A stretch of 64,000 nt of DNA from an uncultured Chloroflexia bacterium (GCA_963745295.1 CAVUWG010000001.1:131286-195285), one strand, 5' to 3'; positions 38,752 to 50,371 are shown, counted from the stretch's first letter. A program made the numbers and translations. Notes: a model not told the origin generated them from the letters alone.

Positions 38752-40648
38752 TCAGCCGTGCCAGCGTTGGCCGGCCAGCCCTGCCTCGTACTCGCGCCGC
38801 CGCTCCTGGACCGCCGCCAGCCCCGAAGTCTCCGCCGAGGCGACATCCCACCACACCCCGGCCGGCGGCAGGTTCACGTCCGGATCGGTCGGGACCACGA
38901 TGACGCTCGGGCCGGGGTGGGTGCGCGCCTCGTCCAGGGCCGCCAGGATCGCCGCCGGCGTCGTGGCCCGCGTGGCGTTGGCGCCAAGCCCGCGGGCCAC
39001 CGCCACGAGGTCGAGTTCGAGGTAGTCGCCGTCGAGGGCCGCCTCGCCGAGGGGGCCGGTCCGTCGCCGGAACTCGTTGCCGAAGCCCTCCCCGTTGCGC
39101 ATCAGCTGCAGCCGGCGGATGACCTGGAAGCCGTGGTTCTCGGCGATGACCACGGTCACCGCGAGCCCCTCCTGGAGCGCGGTGACCAGTTCGCCTGGTT
39201 GCATGAGGAACGTCCCGTCGCCGATCAGCGCGATCACCGCGCCATCCGGCTGGGCGAGCCGCACGCCGAGGGTCGCCGGCAGCTCGTAGCCCATGCACGA
39301 GAACCCGAACTCGAGGTGGCACGTGCGCCCGCCGGTGGCGTCCCAGACCTTGAGGAGGTCGCCTGGGGGCCCGCCGGCCGCGGCGATGATCGTGTCGCCG
39401 GGTCGCGCCGCCTCCTGCAGCACGCCGATCAGCTGTCCCTGGGTCATCGGGCCCGGATCGGCACCGCCTGACGCGGGCGCCGCCAGCGCGGCGGCGCGCA
39501 TCGGCAGCCAGGCCTCCTTGACCGCACGGGCGCGGGTCTCCCATGCCGGTCGCGGCCGGACGCCGGCCTCGCGCCCGGCGCTCGACAGGGCCTGCAACGC
39601 GCGCCGGGCGTCCGCGACGATCGGCACGGCGCCCTGCTTGCGCGCGTCGTGGTCGGTGACGTTGATCGAGGCGAAGCGGACGTCGGGATCCGCGAAGATC
39701 GACTGCGAGGCCGTGGCGAAGTCCGTCAGCCGCGTCCCGACATGCAACACGAGGTCGGCCTCCCCCGCGAGGGCGTTCGTCGCCGGGTTGCCCTCGAGGC
39801 CGATGCCGCCCATGCCCCACCAGGCATCGGTCGCGACCGCACCCTTGCCCGCGAACGTCTCCGCGACCGGGATGCCGAACTCGGCGGCGAGCTCGGCCAG
39901 GGCCGCCCCGGCGTCCGCGTAGATGGACACCCCCACCCGCGACGATCAGCGGCCGCTCGGCGGCGGCGAGCATCCGCGCCACCTCGGCGACGACCTCGGG
40001 ATCGGCCGCCGGCCGGGCGATCGCCCAGTCACGTGGGTCGAAGAAGGCCGCGGGGTAGTCATGGGCCTCGGCCTGGACGTCCTGGGGCAGCGCGAGCACG
40101 ACCGCGCCCATCTCGGACGGATTCGTCAGGACCCGCATCGCCTCCGGCAGCGCGCTGAGGAGCTGCTCCGGGCGGGTGATCCGGTCGAAGTAGCGCGCGA
40201 CGGGCCGGAAGGCGTCGTTGACGCTGATGTCGCCGGCCGAGGGGTGTTCGAGCTGCTGGAGGACCGGTCCCTGGCGGCGTGTCGCGTAGGTGTCGCCAGG
40301 CAGGAGGAGGACCGGCAGGCGGTTGATCGTCGCGAGGGCGGCGCCGGTGACCATGTTGGCGGCGCCCGGTCCGATCGAGGCCGTCACCGCGAGCAGCGCC
40401 CGGCGCCGTGACGCCTTCGCGTACGCCGTCGCCACGTGGACCAACGACTGCTCGTTGCGGCCCTGGATGTACGGCATCTCCGCACGGAACTCGTCGAGCG
40501 CCTGGCCGAGCCCAGCCACGTTGCCGTGGCCGAAGATCCCGAGCATCGCGGGGATCGACCGGCGACGCTCGCCGTCGGCGACCGTGTGCTGCTGGCCGAG
40601 GTAACGAACGACGGCCTGCGCCATCGTGAGTCGCACGGTCGTCGACAT
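38752..40648 (-). pseudogene. iolD: 3D-(3,5/4)-trihydroxycyclohexane-1,2-dione acylhydrolase (IolD, ThDP enzyme), one apparent frameshift
   Basis: The N-terminal ~235 aa are in ORF 38582..40648 (TVRLTMAQAVVRYLGQQ...IFGHGNVAGLGQAL...RYFDRITRPEQL). The remainder is in ORF 38752..39936 (...WWDVASAETS...). The break lies in the C5 run at 39930-39934. Confidence 0.8.
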
Positions 40649-40730
40649 CTCGATGTGATCCCTCCTGCTCGCCGGGTCGATGGCACCGCCGCCCGCGACA
40701 TCATCATCCCATCGGCCGCGCGCGGGCGAA

Positions 40731-40765
40731 TTCGAAAACGCCGAGCGGGGAACCTGCTCGGCGTT
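40731..40765 (-). terminator. rho-independent terminator downstream of the 40792..41751 gene
   Basis: A perfect 10-bp stem (aacgccgagc / gctcggcgtt, 9-nt loop) is followed on the minus strand by TTTTCGAATT. Confidence 0.7.
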
Positions 40766-40791
40766 CGCGTTGGAAAGGCGGAGGGAGTCGT

Positions 40792-41751
40792 CTAGAACGT
40801 GCCGGCGTGCACCTGGTTGGCGATGGTGCGCATCCAGCCGACCATCTGCGGGTCGCGTCGCTGGTCGCTCTGGTAGTTGCTATTGGCAAAGCTGTGGAAC
40901 GCGATGCCGGACACCTTCGCGTACGTGAAGCCGTCACGGACCTGCTTGCGGAGCTGCGCCTCCGTCGGACGCTGCTTCTTGTGGCAGGTGGGCGCGAGGT
41001 ACTTGTGCGTCTGGACCATCAGCCAGATCGGCGTGCCCGGGGTCTTGGCGTTGACGACGGACCGGACATTCTTGAAGTGCTTCGGGCCGGTCGTCTGGAC
41101 GTCGTAGCCGGACCGCGAACAGCCGTTGTTGTTCGTCTCGACCGGATACCAGTCGATGATGAGCACGTCGGCCTTGCCGGTGCCCCACAGGTTGCCCGAC
41201 TTGTTGAAATGCGGGATGTCACCGTAGATCGCGAGCACCGGGTGGTTCGCGTCGGCCTTCTTGTACGCCTTGTACAGCGAGCGCACTTCGGCGGACGTGA
41301 CGTGGTTCCAGGACGGCTCCTTGACGCTCAGGTAGCCGAAGAGCGCCGGATGGTTCTTGGCGACGTTGACCCACTTCGCGATCCGGGAGGGGTAGACCTT
41401 GCCGCCCGCCGAGACCGTGTCCGGGAAGTAGAAGACGACCTTCACGCCGCATGTCTGGGCGGCGTTCAGGTAGTTCCGGACGTTGTTGAGGCTCGAGGCG
41501 TTCTTGATCAGGTGCGTGAAGCCGCCGTTGCAGATCCCGCGCTTGTTCGCGACCAGGTCTTCGAGCGACACGTTCTGGAGCACCATCGGGGCCGCCGGCA
41601 TGGCCGCCCGGGTGCCCGCGGTCCCGGAGCCGACCGACACGGCACCGGCGCTGGCGGTCGCTGACCCGAGGGTCGCGGCGACCAGCATGGCGAGGGCGGC
41701 GGGTGCCACGTATCGGGCGAGGCGGCGTGTTCGCTTGGCGGGAAGATTCAT
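40792..41751 (-). CDS. secreted hypothetical protein, weakly glycoside-hydrolase (TIM-barrel, clan GH-A)-like; compositionally atypical
   Basis: ORF 40792..41850. The likely start is ATG 41751 (MNLPAKRTRRLARYVAPAALAMLVAATLGSATASA signal peptide). It is K/N/Y-rich. A hand-counted 100-nt sample near 41200 gives about 64% GC. The motifs 'SVKEPSW' and 'DWYPVE' loosely recall the GH-A acid/base and nucleophile strands. Confidence 0.55.
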   Translation of the reverse strand: MNLPAKRTRRLARYVAPAALAMLVAATLGSATASAGAVSVGSGTAGTRAAMPAAPMVLQNVSLEDLVANKRGICNGGFTHLIKNASSLNNVRNYLNAAQTCGVKVVFYFPDTVSAGGKVYPSRIAKWVNVAKNHPALFGYLSVKEPSWNHVTSAEVRSLYKAYKKADANHPVLAIYGDIPHFNKSGNLWGTGKADVLIIDWYPVETNNNGCSRSGYDVQTTGPKHFKNVRSVVNAKTPGTPIWLMVQTHKYLAPTCHKKQRPTEAQLRKQVRDGFTYAKVSGIAFHSFANSNYQSDQRRDPQMVGWMRTIANQVHAGTF

Positions 41752-41948
41752 GCGATGTTCGTTACTCCGGAGTTCGTCGAGGGGTGCGTCACTCCAGAGG
41801 AGGATGCCAGCGCCGACGACGCTCCGGGTATGCCGCTGTTGGGCCATCACCGAGGGTACGGGGGTCAGGTGCAGGCTCGCACCATCAACCTCGGAACGTC
41901 AAACCGCAGCGGGCCTCCTGCCTCGCCCTGCGGAACACGTTCGATCCC

Positions 41949-43212
41949 TCAGGCGCGCCACGTCAGGGCCGCCCGGACGTCCCGCCAGAGGCCGCCGAGA
42001 TCCCCGGCAGCGAGCAGGCGCCACGCGACGACGAGCGCGAGCAGGACCGCCAGCCCGTTGACCCCGAGAGCGTGGGTCCGGGCCACGAAGACGATGGCGA
42101 GCGACCCGGCGACCACATCGCCGATCCCGCGTCGTCGCCGCGCGATGAGGGCGCCGAGCCGCTCGATCCCGACCCCGAGGAACGCGAAGAGGGCGACGCC
42201 GCCGGGCCCGAAGTTCGCCCACGCCTCGCCGATGATCCCGGGTGCCAGGTAGCCGGGCGGGTCCTGGTCGGGGAACACGCGGGGAAAGATCCAGTAGCCG
42301 AGATTCGGGATGTCGGGGCGCCCGACGATCGGGCCGAGGCGTCGCGCCCAGGTCAGGCCGCCGTAGTACGGCTGCTCGTCGGGGATGACGTCCTGGAGCG
42401 CCTCGAGCGTCCGTGGCTGGATGAGGGCGACACGATTGACCGTCCGCTCGATCGCGAACGCGAGCTCGCGCCCTTGCGCCTGGTCGTAGGCCCGCAGGAT
42501 CTGGACGCCGCCGAACAGGAGGACGCCGATCACGGCCAGCCCGGCGAGTCGGCGCCACGGCAACCGCCAGCCCGCCAGCCCGATGCCGACCAGCAGCACC
42601 GCGGCCAGCTCCGCCGCGAGGTAGCGACTGGCGAGAGCCAGCTCGAAGGCCAGCAGGCCGACGATGATCGCGAACGACCCGAGACGCCAGGCACGCGACC
42701 GCCGACCGGCCGTCAGGAGCAGCCCGAGCGCCAGGGCGGGGAGGGTCACGCGGAGCACCTGGACCGGGAGCCCGGTCAGTTCGCTCCGGGCGCCGGTGAT
42801 GTCGCCGACGAGGGCCGGCAGGCCCACCCGCGCGATGGTCGGCAGGATGAGCAACAGGGCGACGACCCCGAGACCGACCGCGACGGCGGGCCGCCACGAG
42901 CCCGGATCCTGGTCACTCGGAGTCGGCTCGATCGACCGCCGCCGCATCCCTCGCCCGCCCACGTGCGATCCGGTCGCTGACGGCGACGGCGAGCGCCAGG
43001 GCCAGCGTGCACGCCGCCACGTACAGCGCCGGGCCAGTCCGGTCGTCGAGGGCCAGCACCAGGCTGCCGACGCCGAAGAAGACCGCATCGAGCAGCAGCC
43101 ACGCGACGACCGGATGCCAGATACCCAGTGCCGTCCGGCGGACCGCCGGGAGCACGAGGGCCGCAGCCGCGCCGAAGGCGGCGACGACGGCCAGCGCGGC
43201 GAGGATGCTCAT
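41949..43212 (-). pseudogene. oligosaccharide repeat-unit (Wzy-like) polymerase, probably one frameshift (alternatively two overlapping genes)
   Basis: ORF 42913..43212 (99 aa, 3 TM) and ORF 41949..43088 together give a ~430-aa polytopic protein. The second carries YLAPGIIGEAWANFGPGGVALFAFLG, a Wzy-family-like motif. The frames switch near 42950. An ATG at 42947 would instead allow a separate gene overlapping by 35 nt. Confidence 0.5.
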
Positions 43213-44285
43213 GCCGGTCCCTCGGCCGGCTCGGCCGGTTCTGGCGGCTCGACCGGCCCGGCAGGCTCTTCGGGCCCGGCCTCGAGGGCTTGCTCCGCGA
43301 CGTGCGCCGCGGCGTCCGCGCCTCCGGCCGGCAGGCTCGCCGAGAGGTGTGCGTAGGCGGCCACGCCCAGCAGGCCGAGTGGCAACGTCGAGACGATCCG
43401 GTACCCGAAGACGATGGCCACGGCCTCAGCCGACGGCACCCCGGACGCGGTCAGCAGACCCGCCACCACCAGGTCCGTCGAGCCGAGGCCGAACGGCAGC
43501 AGCGAGACGACCCCGGCCACGATCCCGAGGCCGAGGGCCCCCCAGGCCACGGCCGGGTCCAGCGTGACACCGAAGGCCGCAGCGACCAACAGCAGCTGTG
43601 CGGTGTATGCCGCGAACACGACGGCCGTCCAGGAAGCGAACTCAAGCGCTCGCCCCCGGTCCCTGAGCAGCAGGGCGACGGTGTCGTCGACACGGGCGAG
43701 GGCGCCACCGGCCGCGAGCCATCGGTCGCGTCCCAGCAGGCGACCCATCGGCAGCCTCCGGATCAGCGCGGTCGGCCGTCCACCGGCACGGTAGAAGACG
43801 TTCGGCAGGACGACGATCGCGAACAGCCCCAGGATCGTCACGACGGGCCTCCAGTCCAGCCACCAGGCGGCCCACAGCAGGGCGGCGCTGGCGCCCAGGT
43901 AGGCGATCGCGACGACGCGCTCGATGAGGACGACGGCCGCACCGATCCGATAGTCGACGCCGTGGTGGGCGCGGAGCAGGTAGAGGCGCGCCAGCTCGCC
44001 CATCGATCCGGGCGTCACGTTGTTGATCGTGTTCGCGAATGCGGTCATCGGGATGAGCGGCCGGACCGGCACGGGCCGCCGCGCCGCCGCCAGCAGGCCA
44101 GCCGACCGGAACGCCCATCCCGCGACGATCACCACGTTCAGGCCAAGGGCGATGGCGATGGCCCGAACGTCGGCCGAGCCGAGGCGATCGCCCAGCTCCC
44201 ACGGCCGGGCGCGCCACGCCACGAGCGCCAGCAACGCGACCGAGATCGTGCCCCAGACCAACGGATGGCGAAGGGCGCGGATCAT
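43209..44285 (-). CDS. flippase-like / lysylphosphatidylglycerol-synthase-TM-region (UPF0104) family membrane protein
   Basis: ORF 43209..44300. ATG 44285 makes an ATGA overlap with the upstream stop. It shows the UPF0104 pattern (FANTINNVTPGSMGELARLYLL...GLGSTDLV). Confidence 0.7.
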   Translation of the reverse strand: MIRALRHPLVWGTISVALLALVAWRARPWELGDRLGSADVRAIAIALGLNVVIVAGWAFRSAGLLAAARRPVPVRPLIPMTAFANTINNVTPGSMGELARLYLLRAHHGVDYRIGAAVVLIERVVAIAYLGASAALLWAAWWLDWRPVVTILGLFAIVVLPNVFYRAGGRPTALIRRLPMGRLLGRDRWLAAGGALARVDDTVALLLRDRGRALEFASWTAVVFAAYTAQLLLVAAAFGVTLDPAVAWGALGLGIVAGVVSLLPFGLGSTDLVVAGLLTASGVPSAEAVAIVFGYRIVSTLPLGLLGVAAYAHLSASLPAGGADAAAHVAEQALEAGPEEPAGPVEPPEPAEPAEGPA

Positions 44286-46476
44286 CGAGCCCGACCCCAC
44301 ACGATCGCGTCCTCGGTGTCGGTCAGGGTCTGCCAGCCGGGTGGCGGGCCGTCGTCGGGAACGTAGCCCGTCACCGACTGGACCGCGATCCGGTCGGCAC
44401 CTTCGAGCACCAGGGGCTGTCCGGGCTCGAGGGTCACGGTCGATCGCACGACCACGAAATCGCTGCTGCCGGTGTACGGCACGCTGATCTCGTCCACGAG
44501 GCGATCGCCCGCGAGGACCCGGAGCCGTCGCGCCGCGGGCGTGCCTCCCGGGCCCAGCGAGCCGGCGGTCAAGGGGGCCGGCGCCACGACGCCGTCGCCC
44601 GATTCGCTGTCACCCGCGCCGGCCGGACCCGCCTCGCCTGCGATGGCGCCGATCCGCGGCAGGACCCGGATCTCGAGCTCGATCGGGACCTCCGTGCTCG
44701 CGAGCGGGAACGCCAGGCGCGATCCGGGCTCCAGCACGACCGCGTCCCAGCCATTGCCCTCCAGGACTCGTGTCGACCCGGTCGTGGCCCCGGGCGCTGC
44801 GGCGGCCAGCGCCGCGACGCGGCTGATGCGCCCCACCGCGTCACCACGGCGTCCGAGCACGATCCGGTCCGCCCCGAACGTGTCGGCGACCGCGGTCAGC
44901 GCGGCGACGTCGCCGGTCAGGGCGCTCGCCAGGGTCCGCCGACGCTCGTCCTGGCCGACATCGGTGAAGACCGCCGGGTCGAACGCCGAGTTTCGCGTAG
45001 CCCGGTGGCTTGACCGCCACGACCGAGGCGCCGGTCTCGTACCAGACCAGCGACGACCAATCCTCGTAGCTCAGGATCGTCGGCCGCGGCCCCGACACGG
45101 CCAGCAGGTCGGACATGTCCGGGACGCGGTCGGGGATGAGTTGGAGGTGGGCGTAGCGCGGGACCGTCCAGATGGTCCACAGCAGCCGCTCCGTGGCGAC
45201 CGTCGTGGGCACCGCGGCAACCAGTACCGTGGCCACGAGGCCGGCCGCGACGAACCGCTGGCGTTCGGGCCAGCGCCGTCGCGCCGACCTCCACCAGCGC
45301 CGCCAGGCCGATCGCCGCCAGGATCAGCCCCGGTTGGCTCGACACCATCCACATCCGCTGCGGTCGTAGGGCGTCCTCGAGCGGCCATGAGGGTTGGTAG
45401 AGGACCGCGAGCGTGAAGGGGATCGAGCCACCAGGGCACCAGCAGGAGCGGACCGACCAGCGGCCGTGGGGCCCAGCCTGCCGGGTCGTCGTCGGGTGCG
45501 GGTCCGCTCGGCCGGCGCAGGAAGGACAGGGCGACGCCGACGCCCACGACCGTCAGCGGCAGGATCAGGCCGAACTGGATCGGGTACTGCCAGAACCCGA
45601 TCCGCACCGGGAGCAGGTCCTCCGAGGAGTCGATGGACACGCCGCCGTTCGCCCGGATCGTCCCGGCGAGGTAGGCCAGCCACGGGGTGACGATGAGCGG
45701 CGGCGGTCGCCCCGGTCACGACCAGGGCCAGGAGGAGGCGACGCCATCGCCCGGGCTCGCGCAGTCCGATCACGCACGACCAGCACCGCCAGGCTGAGCG
45801 GGATCGGGATCAGCAACTGGATCTGGAACAGGCCGCAGACGCCGAGCATGGCGCCCGCGAGCACGGCCCAGGCGAGCGCGCGCGACTCGCCGTCGGTCGC
45901 CCGCAGGAACGCGAGCATCGCGAACGGCAGGAGCCCGAACACGAGGTCGCGCGGGATAGATCGGGTAGAACGCCTGCCCGACCATCGACATCGAGTTGAC
46001 CCACAGACGGTCGGCGGACAGGTCCAGCCCGCCGGCGAACGCGGTGAGGATCGCCGCGACCAGCGCCACGTCCCGCCGTCCGGTCAGCCGTCGGGTGAGG
46101 AGGTAGGCGCCGAGCGGGATGACCGGCAGCCAGAGCAGGCCGAGCAGGGCCGTCGCGGTCGGCGACGTCGGTCCCGAGCAGCCTGACGCACCCCGGCAAG
46201 CAGCAGATGGAACCCCGGCGGGTAGTAGGCCGGCAGACCGGCATACGGACCCTCGGCGGGGAACGTGCCGAGCAGGATGGTGTTCGTCAGGCCCCAGTGA
46301 TAGAGCAGGTCACCGCGAACGTAGAACGGCGCCAGGGCGCGGGCGCCATAGACGGCGATCGCGACCAGGAGCACGAGCCCGAGCCACCGTTCCACTCGAG
46401 GGATCGCGGCCAGGCGCTGGCGTACACTTCGGACCGATCCCCCGACGCGGCGGCCGATCGCCAGGTCGCTGGTCAC
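44282..46476 (-). pseudogene. large GT-C-fold (ArnT/PMT-like) membrane glycosyltransferase, at least 7 frameshifts
   Basis: The start is GTG 46476 (MTSDLAIG...ERWLGLVLLVAIAVYGA...YYPPGFHLLLAG). Plausible sequence then hops between ORFs 45770..46069, 45565..45942, 45324..45773, 45071..45640, 44917..45354, 44841..45236 and 44282..44860. The breaks lie near 46170-46195, 45950, 45773, 45695, 45421, 45280 and 44990. Confidence 0.65.
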
Positions 46477-46506
46477 GCGCCCTGTTCGAGGTAGGACCGA
46501 CGCTTC

Positions 46507-48612
46507 ATGGATCCCATCGCGCTCGTTGCGTCCGCCGTCTGGGCGACGATGGTATCCATCCTCCTGTTCCTGTTGCCCGGTGCCGCGCTCGGACCGATGG
46601 TCTTGCCGGGCGCCTCATCGCCGCTGGCTCGGGTGGGTCGCGCGGCCGGCGTCAGTCTACTGGCGACCCTGCTCCTGTGCACCATCCTGGCACGGCTCGG
46701 CTGGCTCACCGTCCCGGTGCTCCTGCTCTCGCTGGTCGGGGCTCACCCTGATCGGCGTCGCGTGGCGTCGGCCACGCCTGGGACGCCCGTCTGACCGACG
46801 CCGCCGGTGGTGGCTCGCGGCCGCGGCCGGCGTCCTGCTCGCCGGCGCGCTCGTCGTGGTGCCGTCGGCGGCCGCGCATGTGGCCCGACCTGCTGCCGAA
46901 GAGCTCGACGACCTGGTACTACGCGAACCTCGCCCAGTCGATGGCCGACCTCGGCGCCATCCCGGCGCAGCTCCCCGAGTGGGGGGCGCTTCGCCCGTTC
47001 CAGACCGATTACCTGCCCGTCACGGCGCACACCGCGGCCGCGCTGCTCCTGCTGCCCGGCGACCTGCTGCCGGACATGGAGATCTATCGCCTGGCCACGC
47101 TCGTGCTCGGCGTGCTGTTCGCCGTCCTGTTGTTCCGTCGCTGGGTGTCCGGCTGGGCGGCACTGCTCGGCGCGATCCTGCTGCTGGCGACCGTCCGGCT
47201 CGAGCAGAAGTTCGACGGGTATCGCCCCGAGACCGTCGCGCTGGTGCTGGCCCTGTTCACCCTGTGGGTCGCCGACCGGGCCTTCACCGAACGGAACCCA
47301 CGAGCGCTGGTGGTCGCACTCCTCGGCTCCGGGCTGGTCTTCCTCAGCCACGCCGAGGTGTTCCTGATCCTGGCGCCAGCTCTCGCTGGGCATCGCAGTC
47401 GCTCGGACGGTGGTCGCGCCGGGCGGACACGGCACGCGGCTGGGCCTGCGAACGGTCGCGTGGCGCCGAGCGCTCGCGACGCCGGCCCTGGCCTTCCTCG
47501 TGATCGTGGGCGGAGCGGTCCTCGGCGGGGCCGCGGGCTGGGCGCTGACCGGCGAGAGCCGTGTCCTCGGCTACGTGATCGGCGAGGCGACGCCCCCTGC
47601 CACCGACGTCGCGCGTGGCCGGCCGGGCGAGATCCCGGCCGGCTGGACCTTCACCGACGATCCGACGTGGGACTTCTACACCGCATCGGTGGCACCCGCG
47701 TTGAACGGGCTTCCGCCGCCGGACCAGTTCACCGATGCGCTGCTGCTGCCGCGTTCGCTGATCCACATCTGGCCCGGGCTCGACGGCCGTGTTCCATCCG
47801 GATTCGTGGTGTTGTTCGCGCTGACGATCGCGCCGGCGTTCGCCTGGCCATTCCTCGATGCGCGTCGACGCCGGTTCGTGCTCGGCTGGGCGCTGTTCGG
47901 GGTCGGCCTGATCGCCGGTTGCCTGCTGCTCTACGCGGTCGCCGGAACGTACGTCCCCGAACGGACGCCCGGGCGACGACTCATGCCATACCTGTTGCTC
48001 CTGCCCGTGGTCGCGATGACGGTCAGCCTGTGGGTGATCGGACGGTTGCTCGCCCCGGGCTGGCGGGCCCTGCTCCCCGGCCGAGGGCGCGCGCTGGCCG
48101 CCGGACTCGCGCTCGCACTGCTCACCGCGGGTGCCGTGTCCGCCTCGCCTCTCGCGGTCGCCGGCGCGGATGACGGCGATGCGGCCCTCAGCCAGGCCGG
48201 CTACGACGCCTACCAGTGGATCGATGCCAACCTGCCGCCCGATGCGCGGCTCCTGACCAACGCCTACACGGATGGCGCGGTCGCGGCCGTCGCCCATCGG
48301 GTCGGGATCGTCGACGGACGGGCGGTCTACCTGGAGAACCCGACCTTCCTCGCCGAATCGACGGCGCTCTGCCTCGGTGCGCGGGTGGTCTTCGGCACAC
48401 CGGCCGCGCCTGGGGCGGCGACCTACCTCGAGCGCGAGCGGGTCACGCACCTGCTGGTCTCGACCGTCGGTCCCAACGGCACCGATCTCGGCGGGTACCT
48501 CCTGTTCGAGACGGACGTTCCCGGTCTGCGGGCCGATCCGGCCCTCCGCCTCGTTCGCTCGTTCGCGGGCGACCGCCTGCTGCTGTTCGAGGTCACCGGG
48601 ACGGCGGCGTGA
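46507..48612 (+). pseudogene. second large polytopic GT-C-like membrane protein, three frameshifts
   Basis: Sequence runs through ORF 46507..46794, then the frame of 46526..47503 (LTLIGVAWRRPRLG...), then 46878..48173 (MWPDLLPKSSTTWYYANLAQ...), then 47410..48612. The breaks lie near 46742, 46875 and 47377. The family assignment is tentative. Confidence 0.55.
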
Positions 48613-48648
48613 TCTAGCCGGCCCCTCGGGCTGGCTAGACTGTCGCGG

Positions 48649-50338
48649 ATGGCTCAAGAGGACGTGGCGACGCTCGATCGCCGGATGGGCGGCATCCCAG
48701 CCTTCTACGGCGCCATCTGGTCGGAGGCGCGGGCCGCGGCGACCCGCTGGCATCTCGCGATCGTCATCGAGATCGCGATGATCGTGGCCTGGTTCGCCAT
48801 CCGCTCCACTGCGGGCGTCGACGGACGGGCCTATCTCCTGTGGGTGATCGCGGCCGGCGTCCTGGCGCTCGTCGCGCCGCTGTCCGGCCTCGTCGTGTTC
48901 GTCGCGACCTCGGTCTTCTTCGAGCCCGACACCATCGCCTCGCATCGTCCCGCTGCGCGTGTGGGTCCTGGTCCCGCTCGCTGCCGGCGTGCTGATCCGG
49001 ATCGCGGCCGACCGCCTCCGCTGGCGACCGGCGCTGGCCATCTGGCTCGCCCTGCTGCTCGTGCTCGGGACGGCGCTCGGCGTCGTGAACACGTTCGACC
49101 GCTTCCCCGACGAGATCGCGTGGCGCGCCGCCCGGTCCTGGTTCAACAACATGGCAGGTCCGGTCATCCTCCTGATCGCGGCCGCGTGGACGGCGCGCGG
49201 CGGATCCATGCGGGTGCTCGTCGTGGCGTGCGGGGTCGCCGTGGTCAGCGCGACGGTCGCGATCGCCGAGCACGCGTCGCCGGGGCTGTCTCGGGGGGCC
49301 GGCTCGATTGGGTCGGGTTCTGGAAGGACTTCGGGGCTCGCCTCGGCGGCACGATGCCCTCGCCGAATGCCCTGTCCGCCCAGCTGATCGTGCCGACCGC
49401 GGTGCTGGGTGGCCGCCCTGCTCCTTGCGCGCGACATCCGGATCAAGGCGCTCGCGCTCATCGGGCTCGTGCCGTTGGTCATCGCTCACTACCTGACGTT
49501 CAGCCGGGCGCCGCTGCTCGGGCCGTATGTGTTCGCCGTGGTGGTCGCGTGGCGGTTCCGACGGGCGCTCGGGATCGCGGTGCTCGTGGTGGGCTCGCGG
49601 CGGGAGCCGTGCTGCTGCCCGGCTACCTGCAACTCCGGGCACAGACCTCGGGCACGCCGACCATTCCCGGGACCGTCCTGGTCGCCTCGGACGAGTATCG
49701 CTTCCAGGCCTGGCGTTCGGCGATCGCGATGTGGCAGGACGAACCCCTCATCGGGCAGGGGTACCTCGCGTATCGGCAGCTCGGGCCGGAGTACGGCGAC
49801 CAGCTCCTGGGATCGCCCCACAACGAGTGGCTGCGCCTGTTCGCCGAGGAAGGCACCGTCGTCGGCCTGATCGGGATCGCCTTCGTGCTCGCGACGACCT
49901 GGACCCTCACCCGGGTCAAGGGCTGGCTCGGTACCGGGCTCCTGGCCGGGATTCCTCGCATATGTCGTGGCGGCAACGTTCAACAATCCGTTCCTCTTCA
50001 TCCGGGTCAGCGCCGTCGCGTTCGCGATGATCGGCGTCGGCCTGGCGTTGGCCGAGCGTGCCCGGGCATCGACCCTTGAAGAAGCGCCGCTGACCGAAGC
50101 GGTCGACTTCGAAGCGATTTCCGACACCGCCACCGAGCCGACCGAGGCCGCCCCCGAACCGACCCAGGCCGAAGCCGGGGCCGACGAACCGACCCAGACC
50201 GACGCCACCCCCGAACCGAACCAGGCCGAAGCTGCGCCCGAGTCGACCGACGAACCGACCCAGACCGAAGCCGTGACCGACGAACCGACCCAGGCCGAAG
50301 CCGGCGCCGCCGAGGAGCCTGGCGAACCGCCCGCCTAG
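48649..50338 (+). pseudogene. O-antigen ligase/polymerase-like (Wzy_C) membrane protein with an acidic repeat tail, five frameshifts
   Basis: Plausible sequence alternates between the frame of ORF 48649..50079 and the frame shared by ORFs 48959..49387, 49409..49870 and 49967..50338. The Wzy_C-like motif is SPHNEWLRLFAEEG. The breaks lie near 48940, 49293-49298 (a G6 run), 49405, 49595 and 49948. Confidence 0.65.
50131..50335 (+). repeat. degenerate tandem coding repeat (EPTQ[AT]EA acidic units)
   Basis: Repeated 'gacgaaccgacccag(a/g)ccga(a/c)gcc' units encode TEPTEAAPEPTQAEAGADEPTQTDATPEPNQAEAAPESTDEPTQTEAVTDEPTQAEAG. Confidence 0.7.
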
Positions 50339-50371
50339 CCGAGCCCTGCGTCGGCGCTACACTGGCCGAGC

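Noticed and set aside
42913-42947. Whether the 99-aa ORF and the downstream Wzy-like ORF are two genuine genes overlapping by 35 nt.
   Set aside because: This is not fully rejected. However, the combined length (~430 aa) and topology fit a single Wzy-type polymerase, and the surrounding genes are riddled with frameshifts. I therefore annotated one disrupted gene at reduced confidence.
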